Assembly: GCA_017483305.1 (NCBI GenBank)
Contig: JAFULC010000044.1
Span: forward strand, 11,865 to 75,864
Source: Clostridia bacterium
GTDB lineage: Bacteria; Bacillota; Clostridia; Oscillospirales; CAG-272
Length of the DNA stretch: 64,000 bases
Direction: 5' to 3'
The notes beneath the pieces were generated by a model, which was given only the letters and a program-made list of their open reading frames with translations, was not told the origin of the DNA and did not search any database. A program made the translations under genes and the position numbers. Below are positions 30,132 to 39,153 of the stretch, piece after piece (position 1 is the stretch's first letter; each line of letters opens with the position of its first letter).

Positions 30132-30340
30132 TTGAACCTCCTTGATTTTATCCTTGATCATCTTTGATGAACGATATTTTTATTATACCATAGTTAAGTG
30201 AATTTTTCTACTCAAAAACGCACGTTTATAAGGCTTTCACGCTATTTTATATTATTATTTTTTCGCAAAACTTGCATTTCCAAATACTGCAGAAAGAAAA
30301 AAAGCGGCATGATCACTCACACCGCCCGCTGTGCCTTTAG

Positions 30341-30625
30341 CTATCTCCGATACTCGTCTTGCTCTCTGTAAAGAGCCTCGATGACGATCCTTGCACCGAG
30401 CCTGAATCCGTGAAGGAACACTTCCTTTTGCATGAGATCCGACAGCTCTTGGGAACAGTCGATGTATTTTTCAAGCTGCTCCTTTTGCTGTTCGGTCAGC
30501 GTTTTCTCCAATCGCTCTCGGTTCTCGGCAATCAAGTCGATGAGATGGCGTTCCTCCTTGGTCATGTGGATATTGTCATACGGCTCGATCCGTCCGTACC
30601 AAAGTTCTTCCAGTATGCTTCTCAC
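30341..30625 (-). CDS. small conserved ICE protein (hypothetical)
   Basis: The GTG start at 30625 lies 7 nt after AAGGAGG. The N-terminus (V)RSILEELWYGRIEP resembles small proteins I recall from Clostridia ICEs. The ORF opens at 30652. Confidence 0.55.
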   Translation of the reverse strand: MRSILEELWYGRIEPYDNIHMTKEERHLIDLIAENRERLEKTLTEQQKEQLEKYIDCSQELSDLMQKEVFLHGFRLGARIVIEALYREQDEYRR

Positions 30626-30756
30626 GGCTGCACCTCCTTTCAAGTACACCACAATACCACAGACCTTGGCAACAGTCCAGAAAACAAACTGTTAACTTTC
30701 TTCTTTCTGCCGTTATCTTTTAGGGTGGGTAGTTCACTTGACCTGCCATGATGACA

Positions 30757-30816
30757 GGTACCACCTGCCACCAAATGGGCGCAGTACGCCCTTGGTAGTA
30801 GGTGGTATCTTTTTTG
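30757..30816 (+). terminator. long plus-strand hairpin followed by a T-run (orphan terminator-like element)
   Basis: About 25 paired positions by my manual fold (GGTACCACCT...AGGTGGTATC with inner GGGCG/CGCCC), followed by CTTTTTT. Its G-U pairs make it stronger on the plus strand. Confidence 0.45.
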
Positions 30817-30821
30817 CGCTC

Positions 30822-31079
30822 CTATGCTCGTATTTTATAGAGCAGGCTTGACTTGCCGCCCTTTGTCCGATACCTCTGCTCGGTGGTGAGATACCCGCCA
30901 CGGCGCAGATCCCGCAAGGCTCGGCGGACGGTGGACTCGGACAGCTTCAGCTCACGGGCGATGGTGGGGATCGCCGGCCAACATTCGCCGTCCTTGTTCG
31001 CTCTGTCCTTGAGATATACATAGACCGAGACCGCACGGTGCGGTAGCTCCGCGCGGTAGAGAAAATCAAGACGGCTCAT
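30822..31079 (-). CDS. helix-turn-helix (winged-helix) DNA-binding protein
   Basis: 85 aa with IPTIARELKLSESTVRRALRDLRRGGYL, a classic HTH. It overlaps the end of the coupling-protein gene. Confidence 0.75.
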   Translation of the reverse strand: MSRLDFLYRAELPHRAVSVYVYLKDRANKDGECWPAIPTIARELKLSESTVRRALRDLRRGGYLTTEQRYRTKGGKSSLLYKIRA

Positions 31080-33036
31080 TCTTGGTTTCCTCCTGTTCGG
31101 TGATTATCGGCTCGGCGGGAGCTTCGGCAGGCTTTCTTTCGGGTACGGTTCGGAGCGAGGAGCCGCCCGTCTTGGTCTTGCCCGATTTTCTCGGAGGAGT
31201 CCTTTGCGGATCGTTGCTCTGACTCTCGGTCTGCACCACACCGCCGCCTGCGGCAGTTCCCGATGCCGTCTTTTCGGCAAGCCAATCGGGATGATATTTC
31301 TTCACGATGCCGTCGATGATCTCCTTCTTCTCGGCGTAGCCCACCTTGCGGTTGGCGTTCTCAGCTACGGTATAGGGATTGTCCTTGTCAAATTCAATGC
31401 CCCATTCAAAGAACAGCTTGAGGCGTACCTTCATTGGGTGCGCTCCCGTTTTCATAACCACAAACTGACCTTTGGGCATGGATTTCAGCTCATCGGGAGT
31501 CATCAGCGGTCGTTCGATCATCTGCAAGGATGCCGAGGGATCGTTCTTTCCACGGCTGACCGATCCCGACATAACGGTACGGCTACCGAGTGCCTTGGAG
31601 AGTATCTCTGCCGAGGAACTGTTGGGAGCGAAGCCGCCGAAGATGGTGAGCTGTGTGTTGTCCACAATGATCTCCGCGCCCTCCTTGCCGTAGTTCTTGT
31701 CGAGCTGTGAGAAGGACTGAATGATCGGCACGATCTGCAAACGGCGGGAACGGGACGCACTGAACATCATCTCGGCGTCCTGAATCTTGGGGAGCGTACC
31801 ATACTCATCGCAGAAGAACACACAACGGTTCTTGAGCTTGCCGCCCTGCTCATCGGCTACGGCAAGTATCTCACGGTAGAGCTGCTGAATGATGAGTGAG
31901 ATCATAAAGAAGGTGTTGGGGTTTTCCTCCGGCATGATCACAAAGATAGCGGATTTCTCGGAGCAGAACTTCTCGGCATCCACCTCGGTGTCGAAGCACA
32001 AAAGCTGTTCCAGCTCGGAGTCGAGGAATGCGTTAAGGCGGGAGAGGGCTGTGGACATAACACTTGCCATCGACTGCTCACCGCCGTTGAGAGCCGATCC
32101 CGCATACCACTTTGCCTTGTGATCTTCGGGGAGCATCTCCATGAGCTGCTGAAACTGATTCTTTCCTTTCTGATTGGAAGGAGCGAGAAGCTCTTGGATA
32201 ATCTTGAACACCGACACAATATGGCGTTTGCTCGGCTCACAGAACTCGGCAACGAGCAGAATGGTCGCCGTGAGCAAACCTTCGGCAGAGTCATAGAAGT
32301 ATGCGTTCTGTCCGAAGGATGCCGCATCCATACCCGATAGGATGATGGTCTTGGCGATGATCTTGGCGTACTTTTCGGCTTTCGCCTTATACATGAGCTG
32401 ATCGGGATTGTCACGGTAGAGATCGGTATATTTGTTGACGAGATGGAGGAGATTGTTTCCGTTGGAGCGTGTGGGGTTACGGAGGTCGATGACCGACACC
32501 TGATAGCCGTAGTCCTTGGCGATGTTACCGTAGTTTCGCATAACGTCGCCCTTGGTGTCGGTGGAGATGAAGGACATTCCCGACGCGCAGGCGTACTCAA
32601 TGCACGGGTAGAGCCAATATGCCGTTTTACCGACACCCGCCGCGCCGATCATAAGGGCATGGACATCGCCTGTGTCGATCAGAGCCGTGGTCTTGCGCTT
32701 GTTGCCAAGGCATCCCACCACGATGCCTTGGGGGAGCGCATCCTCCACAATCTCGCTGTCCTTCTTGCTGAAGCGTTTCTTTTTGATGAGACGGGACATA
32801 CTCGGTGTCTGTCCGTTCTTTGCCTGCTTTCTCCATTTCTGCGGAGTGAATGGGATGCGGCGATAGGTCTTGGCGATCTCGCCCTTGTTCGCCCATCGCG
32901 CCGTTCCGTGCTGACCGTCGCCTACGGTCTTGCTTTTGATGTGGTTTAGATTATAGATGTGACTCAGCAACGTGACACCGCCGAGGACGGTTGTCATGAG
33001 TGCGCCGATCACGATCAGCATCGTAATGCTTGACAT
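31066..33036 (-). CDS. VirD4/TraG-type type IV coupling protein
   Basis: 656 aa with an N-terminal TM segment and Walker A GAAGVGKT. The pattern is TraG/TraD-family. Confidence 0.9.
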   Translation of the reverse strand: MSSITMLIVIGALMTTVLGGVTLLSHIYNLNHIKSKTVGDGQHGTARWANKGEIAKTYRRIPFTPQKWRKQAKNGQTPSMSRLIKKKRFSKKDSEIVEDALPQGIVVGCLGNKRKTTALIDTGDVHALMIGAAGVGKTAYWLYPCIEYACASGMSFISTDTKGDVMRNYGNIAKDYGYQVSVIDLRNPTRSNGNNLLHLVNKYTDLYRDNPDQLMYKAKAEKYAKIIAKTIILSGMDAASFGQNAYFYDSAEGLLTATILLVAEFCEPSKRHIVSVFKIIQELLAPSNQKGKNQFQQLMEMLPEDHKAKWYAGSALNGGEQSMASVMSTALSRLNAFLDSELEQLLCFDTEVDAEKFCSEKSAIFVIMPEENPNTFFMISLIIQQLYREILAVADEQGGKLKNRCVFFCDEYGTLPKIQDAEMMFSASRSRRLQIVPIIQSFSQLDKNYGKEGAEIIVDNTQLTIFGGFAPNSSSAEILSKALGSRTVMSGSVSRGKNDPSASLQMIERPLMTPDELKSMPKGQFVVMKTGAHPMKVRLKLFFEWGIEFDKDNPYTVAENANRKVGYAEKKEIIDGIVKKYHPDWLAEKTASGTAAGGGVVQTESQSNDPQRTPPRKSGKTKTGGSSLRTVPERKPAEAPAEPIITEQEETKNEPS

Positions 33037-33944
33037 GGTGTGTTCACCTCACTTTCGGTATTGGTCGGGGGATATAATAAGTCCTCGTTCCAATCCTTAC
33101 GGGACGGGACGAGGACTTCGGTTGGGATTCCTTGCGCGTATAGCTTTGCGGATATGCGGTTGACGGCTTTTCTCCCGCCGTCATCATTGTCGAGGCAGAG
33201 ACAGACGGTCTTGATGCTCGGATTATCGCCCAGCATCTGAAACAGCACCCGATCCGAAACACCGCAGGCGGCGGCATAGCTGTGCTGTCGCCATCCTTCC
33301 TTGTGCATGGATATGTAGGACATCATATCAATCGGTGCTTCAAACAGATAGAGGCGGTCGCTCTTGCCATGCCAATGAAAACTATGTTCGGGTGTACTGC
33401 TCGGCTTGTTGCCACGGAAGGTTGACTCCGTTCCCGTGCCTCGGTAGTTCGCATGGCGCGGAACACCGTCCTTATCGTAGCCGACGAACACGGCGTTGTG
33501 GTAATCGGCGGATTCATAGATCATACCGCAACGGGCAAAGGTGTTCAGCACGTCCTTGTCGATACCTCTCTTGGTTAAGAGGTACGCATAGACACGGCGC
33601 ATATTATCGTTGCGGGGCGGCAGCTCGAAGGGTTCGGCGGTTTCCTTTCTCGGTACGGCTTCTGCCATGACGAGCGAACCGTGCGCACCGTCGAGGAGAT
33701 ATTCCATCGCTTCGGGATAGCTCTTGTTATAGTACCTACGGACGAAGTCAATGGCATCGCCGCCTTTTTGTTCGTATTGGTGAAACCATAGATTGCCACG
33801 GATGGTGACCTTCTCTGAGCCGTCGCGCCACTCAAACTCCGAGCCGGATCGCTTGAGCTGCTCTCCCTGACTGCGGAGCAGCTCGCAGAGGTCGGTTCGC
33901 CGCGCCTGCTCCTTTTGTTGATCGGTATAGTGGATGTATGCCAA
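33015..33944 (-). CDS. DUF3991/Toprim domain protein (primase-like)
   Basis: 309 aa. Toprim acidic motifs are present (LFEAPID, LDNDDGG). TTG start 7 nt after GGAG. Confidence 0.8.
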   Translation of the reverse strand: MAYIHYTDQQKEQARRTDLCELLRSQGEQLKRSGSEFEWRDGSEKVTIRGNLWFHQYEQKGGDAIDFVRRYYNKSYPEAMEYLLDGAHGSLVMAEAVPRKETAEPFELPPRNDNMRRVYAYLLTKRGIDKDVLNTFARCGMIYESADYHNAVFVGYDKDGVPRHANYRGTGTESTFRGNKPSSTPEHSFHWHGKSDRLYLFEAPIDMMSYISMHKEGWRQHSYAAACGVSDRVLFQMLGDNPSIKTVCLCLDNDDGGRKAVNRISAKLYAQGIPTEVLVPSRKDWNEDLLYPPTNTESEVNTPCQALRC

Positions 33945-34044
33945 TGTGGAACTCCTTTCTATGTTTTTTTGAATTTTTGCATCGTATCAAATAACTGTTT
34001 GCGGCGTATACTATCATTGAACACGAAAAATACACCTTGAGGGG

Positions 34045-34073
34045 TTGACAAAACTCCATTTTTGGTGTATAAT
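34045..34073 (+). promoter_or_regulatory. consensus sigma-A promoter upstream of the Abi gene
   Basis: TTGACA (34045-34050), 17 nt spacer, TATAAT (34068-34073). Confidence 0.7.
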
Positions 34074-34118
34074 GTGTTCAGTGATCGAGTTGCAGAAACC
34101 CGTGAGGCCTGTGACCGG

Positions 34119-34150
34119 GGGAGTTCCTGCGGGGACTCCCTTACTTTTTT
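34119..34150 (+). terminator. leader hairpin plus T-tract (attenuator or terminator) between the promoter and the Abi RBS
   Basis: 9-bp stem GGGAGTTCC / GGGGACTCCC (one G-U pair) with a TGCG loop, followed by TTACTTTTTT. The RBS AAAGGAG follows. Confidence 0.5.
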
Positions 34151-34164
34151 GAAAGGAGAAAGCC

Positions 34165-35100
34165 ATGCCAAAGCCGTTTTTATCGTTTGAAGCACAAATC
34201 AATCATTTGGAGAATAACAAAAATCTGACCATCTCGGATCATGACTACGCAAAGCGAATGCTTCGTCAGATCGGTTATTTCGGTTTGATTGGCGGCTATA
34301 AGACTCCGTTCAAAAATCCGACCACGAAAAAATATAAGGACGGAACAACCTTTGAGGACATCGTCGCGCTTTACAAGCTCGATGAAAATCTCCGAGAACT
34401 GTTCTTGAAATACATATTGCAGATTGAACGTCATATGCGTTCCTTGCTTTCCTACTACTTTACGGACAAGCACGGGGAGCAACAGTCGCATTACTTGAAT
34501 CCCGCTAACTATTCAAACAATCCTCGCCATGCGGCAGATGTTACCCGATTGATCTCCACGCTTGATAATCTCGCAAACCGCAATAGTGATTATCCGTATA
34601 TCAACCATCAAAGAACGACCTACGGAAATGTGCCTCTTTGGGTTCTTGTGAGCGGAATCACATTTTGATCTCTGTCAAAATTTTATAGTTTCACAACGCA
34701 AGATTTGAAGGTAAAGGTTTCTAAAAATTTTGAAAAGGTCAACGAGAAGCAGCTCGAACAGTATTTGACTGTCATCACAAAGTTCAGAAATGTTTGCGCT
34801 CATAACGAGCGTTTATACTCCTACCAAACGAAAAATGACATTCCCAATACAGCAATTCATCAAAAGCTCGGCATCCCGCAAAACGGTTCGCAATATGTTT
34901 ATGGCAAGCACGATCTATTTGCTCTTGTGATTGCATTCAGATACCTGTTACCCGATGAGGATTTTAAGAAATTCAAAGCAAGCCTTTCGCGCATCTTAAA
35001 GCATTATCTTGACTCAACGGGAGCTATGTCCGAGGCTGATCTCTATCAGTACATGGGATTCCCGAGCAATTGGAAAAAGATATCCAGCTATAGAAAATAA
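34165..35100 (+). pseudogene. Abi_2 (AbiD/AbiF-like) abortive-infection protein interrupted by an in-frame TGA at 34666-34668
   Basis: ORFs 34165-34668 and 34705-35100 are in the same frame. The read-through sequence is ...LWVLVSGITF*SLSKFYSF..., and the stop sits where the family has a conserved Gly (FG.LSK.Y). Confidence 0.7.
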
Positions 35101-35105
35101 CCACC

Positions 35106-35135
35106 GCCTGCGGACTCACACTCCGCAGGCTTTTC
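35106..35135 (+). terminator. intrinsic terminator after the Abi gene (convergent with the relaxase gene end)
   Basis: Stem GCCTGCGGA / TCCGCAGGC followed by TTTTCTT. Confidence 0.6.
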
Positions 35136-37307
35136 TTATCCAAGTTTGAGACCTTGCGCCTGTTTCTTTTCGTTGATCTGTCGGCGGAGCTTGCGGTCAA
35201 TTCTGCCGTCCTTGCCGTCATCGTATAGCTGATTCTGCAATAGCCTGCCGAGGTGATGGAAGAGACGGAACACCCCCATGCCCGCAGATATGTTTCTGTT
35301 GTTCTTTATGTTGTGGAGAAGCTGCTCGGCATACTTGTTTCCGTGTTCGGCGGAGGCAGTCAGATATTCGATTGCCTTATCGTAGTCTTGCGGGATATCC
35401 TTGCCGTAGAGATAGAGCTTGCCGAGTTGGAATTCGGCGTAGTCGTTGCCACCCTCGGCGGCAATCTCGAAGTGCCGTATAGCTTTGGCGATGTCCTTGT
35501 GTGCATCCTCGGTCAGCCGTATCTTTCCCGTAAGGTAGGCAGCATAGGGATTCTTCTGTGCCGTGGCTTTTTCAAGATATTCGAGAGCTTTCGGGATGTC
35601 CTGTTCGGTCAGCTCTCCACGGTACAACAGCTTTCCGAGTACATAATGCGCTTGGGAGAAGCCGCTATCGGCTGACTCCTTTAGCAATCGTATAGCTTCG
35701 GGAATATCTTGCGGAAGAATATCTCCGTCGAGCAGAGCCTTGCCGAGAGTATATGCCGCATAGCGGTTTCCTTGATCGGCAGATCGGCGGAGCAGTTCCT
35801 CGGCGCGTTCCGGATTCTGTTCGGTGTCCTCGCTCTTGAGGAGCGTCTTGCCGAGGAGATATTCCGCATACGGATTGCCGTCCTCCACCGCTTCTTCAAG
35901 CCATCGCAGAGCGTAGTCCACATTCTTCGGGATGTGTTCGCCTTTGAGGAACAGCTTGCCGAGCAGATATTTTGCGACGGTGTTGTTTTGGTTTGCCGAG
36001 TCGATGAGATATTCCACCGCGCGGTTCGGATCGTAGTTCTCGCTGTCCTCGTCGAGCAGTTCCTTGGCTCGGCGGTACAGCTCCCATTTGTTTTTCGGCT
36101 CCTGCTGATCCTCGTCCGACACACTCTCCACCTCATCCTCGGTCGGTTCACGGTCGGGGATGTTTTCTTCTTCGGGTTCTTCCACAACGTCAAGACCGAG
36201 GGCAAGGTTGAACGCTTCGGTGACGATGGCGTTGCGGATGCTTTTGAATTCCTCATTCTGCGACAGCGGAATCCTTTCGGGCATCGTCTGCGTATAGGTC
36301 TTGAGGATATTTTCTTTCTGCTCATACCATAGGTCGTAGAGCTTTGCGATCCTCTCGTCCTTGGCAAGCTCATCCACGATACCGTTCACAAGGTTTTTGC
36401 AGGGCTTCGGAAGGTATCCGTACACCTTTTTGCCGGAGTAGTCGGACAGCTCGTCGGCAAGCCTGCGGAGCATCAGCTCGACGGTTTCGTTTTCGTAAGC
36501 TCCGCGGTTGATGGCTTCGATGACGGAGGCGATCTGCTCCTTGCTGACACGCTTCAGCTCATCTCGGTGCGCCGTCTGCTCACGGTAGATGTGGTATAGG
36601 TCTTGCTTGAATATTTCGTGAGCGTAGTTGGCTTTCATCTTCATGAGTCCGCGCTCGGTCATGTACGGCTCTTTGCCGACCGAGTATGAAACGAGATGGA
36701 TGTGAGGATGATTGCCCTCGTTATGAAAGGCGGCATACCAACGCAGATCGGCAAGGGGGATACCCATGCTACCCGCAAGCCTGTCTGCCTGACTGCGGAG
36801 CATATCCCGCCACGCCTTTGCGTTATCGTAGCCGAGGCGCTCGGCATCCTCACGGCGCAGAGAGATCACGGTGGTCCAGACAAGACCTTGATGCTCGGCA
36901 ACTGTTTTCGATACCTCAGAGAGATTGATGGGCGTATCGTCTTGGGAGAACAGACCGTGACTGCCGAGCTTCTCCACGCGCGGACGCATGGCGATGTAAC
37001 CAACGTAATTTTCCTTGCGTCCGATGAGATCCACGTTCTCGTCGATGGTTCGGCTGATGAACTCCGAGGCGTTATATTTCGTTTTGTTTTCACAGTAGTC
37101 CTGATACTCAAAGCTGTCCTTGGCTTCGGGAAAGTCACGGAGCAGTTTTGCAATGAGCCTCTGCTGTTCGACGGTGGCGTTCTGATGTTTCCATGACTCA
37201 TCGCATTTCTCAACGCCCTCGCGCGTAGCAATGTATTTTACGAGATGCTCTCCGTGCTTCGGCGTACCCGCTTTGATATACCGCCACTTCAAAATCATTC
37301 GTGCCAT
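35136..37307 (-). CDS. MobL/MOB-P-type relaxase with a C-terminal Sel1-repeat domain
   Basis: 723 aa. The N-terminal relaxase has the His motif HNEGNHPHIHLV. The C-terminal third has 6-7 A.Y.LGK Sel1-like repeats. Confidence 0.85.
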   Translation of the reverse strand: MARMILKWRYIKAGTPKHGEHLVKYIATREGVEKCDESWKHQNATVEQQRLIAKLLRDFPEAKDSFEYQDYCENKTKYNASEFISRTIDENVDLIGRKENYVGYIAMRPRVEKLGSHGLFSQDDTPINLSEVSKTVAEHQGLVWTTVISLRREDAERLGYDNAKAWRDMLRSQADRLAGSMGIPLADLRWYAAFHNEGNHPHIHLVSYSVGKEPYMTERGLMKMKANYAHEIFKQDLYHIYREQTAHRDELKRVSKEQIASVIEAINRGAYENETVELMLRRLADELSDYSGKKVYGYLPKPCKNLVNGIVDELAKDERIAKLYDLWYEQKENILKTYTQTMPERIPLSQNEEFKSIRNAIVTEAFNLALGLDVVEEPEEENIPDREPTEDEVESVSDEDQQEPKNKWELYRRAKELLDEDSENYDPNRAVEYLIDSANQNNTVAKYLLGKLFLKGEHIPKNVDYALRWLEEAVEDGNPYAEYLLGKTLLKSEDTEQNPERAEELLRRSADQGNRYAAYTLGKALLDGDILPQDIPEAIRLLKESADSGFSQAHYVLGKLLYRGELTEQDIPKALEYLEKATAQKNPYAAYLTGKIRLTEDAHKDIAKAIRHFEIAAEGGNDYAEFQLGKLYLYGKDIPQDYDKAIEYLTASAEHGNKYAEQLLHNIKNNRNISAGMGVFRLFHHLGRLLQNQLYDDGKDGRIDRKLRRQINEKKQAQGLKLG

Positions 37308-37312
37308 CGGGA

Positions 37313-37720
37313 CTATCCTTTCTGAAACCTACGGGCATCCTCGAAGGACACCTTGCCGTTGAGCCGCTTGACCTCGCTGACGCAGAGCCCTTGCAGTTGC
37401 GTGAGGCTTTCCTCGTCGATCTCGCTGTTCGCTGCCGTGACATGGAGCATCATCGAAAGCTCCACCGCCATTTTGAACAGCAATCCCGCCATGCGATTTT
37501 CAAAGCTGTCGAGCGTACCCTTGACGGTAGAGAGAATGACAGACGGAAAATATTCACGGTAGTTCTCGGCGGTCAGGTATCCGCAATAAAAATTGATCGC
37601 CTTTTCTATGAACTCCGACTTGCTCTTGCATCCGTCATCACGGTAGAGCGTTTCCACTCTTTTCATGGTTTCGGGATATGTCCATAGGGCGAATTTGTTT
37701 TTATCCTTTGGATCGGCCAT
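37313..37720 (-). CDS. MobC-like relaxosome accessory protein
   Basis: 135 aa starting at MADPKDKNKFALW, with GGAG 6 nt upstream. It lies immediately upstream of the relaxase (5-nt gap). The long upstream extension of the ORF is rejected. Confidence 0.65.
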   Translation of the reverse strand: MADPKDKNKFALWTYPETMKRVETLYRDDGCKSKSEFIEKAINFYCGYLTAENYREYFPSVILSTVKGTLDSFENRMAGLLFKMAVELSMMLHVTAANSEIDEESLTQLQGLCVSEVKRLNGKVSFEDARRFQKG

Positions 37721-38082
37721 GTTTTGCTCCTTTCTGTCGTATTTACGGGTACAACCCCCGCATAATGCCACGCCACGCTTACGCTTTCGTATTTCGTGAC
37801 TCCTTGACCGTAAAAACAGGCGATTTGCAACCCCTTGGCTGTGAGGCGTAAAAAGTCCTTGTGCAGTCGGCGTTGCCGTCTGCTGTGAGATGCGCAGAGG
37901 TGGCTTTGCAACCCCTGCGCTTATTCCTGCAATCCAATCGGACAGCGTAAAACTGCCCGATTTTCGCTCTCTCCGTACCTTCCGCAAATCGCCTCATTTT
38001 CGCTCGTTGTGCCTCTCTTGGGTGTTTACCCGACCTCGTCCTTCAAATCGCCACACGGGGCGACACGGTGGCTCACGGGTGG
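37721..38082 (-). promoter_or_regulatory. candidate oriT / relaxosome-binding and promoter region
   Basis: 362-bp ORF-free GC-rich gap upstream of mobC-relaxase. It contains exact direct repeats TTTGCAACCCCT x2, ATTTTCGCTC x2 and CGTAAAA x3, plus CACGG(G/T)GG x3. Confidence 0.35.
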
Positions 38083-38484
38083 TCATTCCTTTGGTTTCTC
38101 CCGTGGCATGACGATCTTGCCGTCGAGACGCTCGAAGCAGCACTCGGTATATGAGAGACCGTTTGCCGTCACGATTCGGTCAAGTACCGAGAGCATTTCC
38201 GATTCCTTGAGCCTGACTCTGTCGTTTGGCGTATCGTAACGTATCCACTCTGTGGAGTTGGGATCGTCCTTGACAAAAATATCATAGCCGAGAAGCAATC
38301 TCTTTCCGTCATGAAAAAGCACGGCTTCAATTTTCACACAGCCTGCGGCGAGTGAGGCGACTGTTGTGTCGGCAAAGTTTTTCGGAGGTTGCTTTTGCAA
38401 TCGAAAAACATCACGGTCGGATAGCGGACGGCTGAAGGAATATTTTTCACCGAGAAGTTTTCGCAGTTCTTTGATGCGTTTCAT
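38083..38484 (-). CDS. hypothetical protein (last gene of the amidoligase module)
   Basis: 133 aa starting at MKRIKELRK, with GGAGGGGG upstream. There is a 2-nt gap after the GGCT gene stop. Confidence 0.6.
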   Translation of the reverse strand: MKRIKELRKLLGEKYSFSRPLSDRDVFRLQKQPPKNFADTTVASLAAGCVKIEAVLFHDGKRLLLGYDIFVKDDPNSTEWIRYDTPNDRVRLKESEMLSVLDRIVTANGLSYTECCFERLDGKIVMPREKPKE

Positions 38485-38486
38485 AT

Positions 38487-39137
38487 TCACATCCCCCTCC
38501 ATTGCATTCCGTCCGAGGAGTAGAAGGGATCAGACTCATCGAGTTCTTCTTCCTCGTCATCGCAACACATTTCTTCTTCCTCATCGTAGTCCTCGCCGTA
38601 ATCTTCTTCCTCACTTTCGTATTCGTCGTGTGAGGTGTTGCTCGGAAAGTTCATCCTGATCTGATAGGACGGGAAACGCACAGCAGAGGTATAAAATTTT
38701 TGCGTGCTGTCCTTGAGTGCCTCGGCAAGCACATCGGTGTCAAGCCCGCAGTCCATATATCCCTGATGCACAGTTCGATAATAATGCGTGGACGGCATTC
38801 CGAAATTCATTTTCAGATTCATGATGTAGACCATCGCATTGACCTCTTGACCGTTATCAAGCTGCACGGCAACATTCTTTTTGAAATAGTGGGACGGATA
38901 TCCTTCGTATCGGTCGAGACTTTTTTCATCGCCCGGCTGAATCTCCCACACCGCAACGGGAACGGACGATCCGTTCTTTGGTGCGATAGTGGCAAAGGCA
39001 CTTTCGGGAGAGCCCTTAAACTGCAACGCATAATCTTCTATGACTCCCGTGCCGTACAGCTTGGCAGTCGGACAGCGATATGCCATTTGCGAGACATTGA
39101 GGTTGCTCCCGTAGGCAACGTATAATCGTTTGCTCAT
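38487..39137 (-). CDS. gamma-glutamylcyclotransferase (GGCT/AIG2-like) family protein with a poly-acidic C-terminal tail
   Basis: It has the YVAYGSNLN motif and a GGCT-like core. The tail reads HDEYESEEEDYGEDYDEEEEMCCDDEEEELDESD. Confidence 0.8.
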   Translation of the reverse strand: MSKRLYVAYGSNLNVSQMAYRCPTAKLYGTGVIEDYALQFKGSPESAFATIAPKNGSSVPVAVWEIQPGDEKSLDRYEGYPSHYFKKNVAVQLDNGQEVNAMVYIMNLKMNFGMPSTHYYRTVHQGYMDCGLDTDVLAEALKDSTQKFYTSAVRFPSYQIRMNFPSNTSHDEYESEEEDYGEDYDEEEEMCCDDEEEELDESDPFYSSDGMQWRGM

Positions 39138-39153
39138 GAACAATCATCTCCTT

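Noticed and set aside
30172-30189. CGATAT(C)TTTTTAT-like strings at 30172, 52868 and 53091 as possible attL/attR direct repeats.
   Set aside because: The left copy overlaps the extended -10 promoter of the oxidoreductase gene, and the right copies are arms of terminator hairpins. The matches are short, AT-rich and imperfect. The element ends therefore remain undefined.
34666-34668. The in-frame TGA in the Abi gene as evidence of an alternative genetic code (UGA read as Gly or Trp) or of selenocysteine.
   Set aside because: TGA ends many well-defined genes in this window at their expected lengths, for example 20825-21283, the amidoligase, GGCT and Dcm. I see no SECIS-like hairpin directly after the codon. 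A simple nonsense mutation or leaky stop is more parsimonious.
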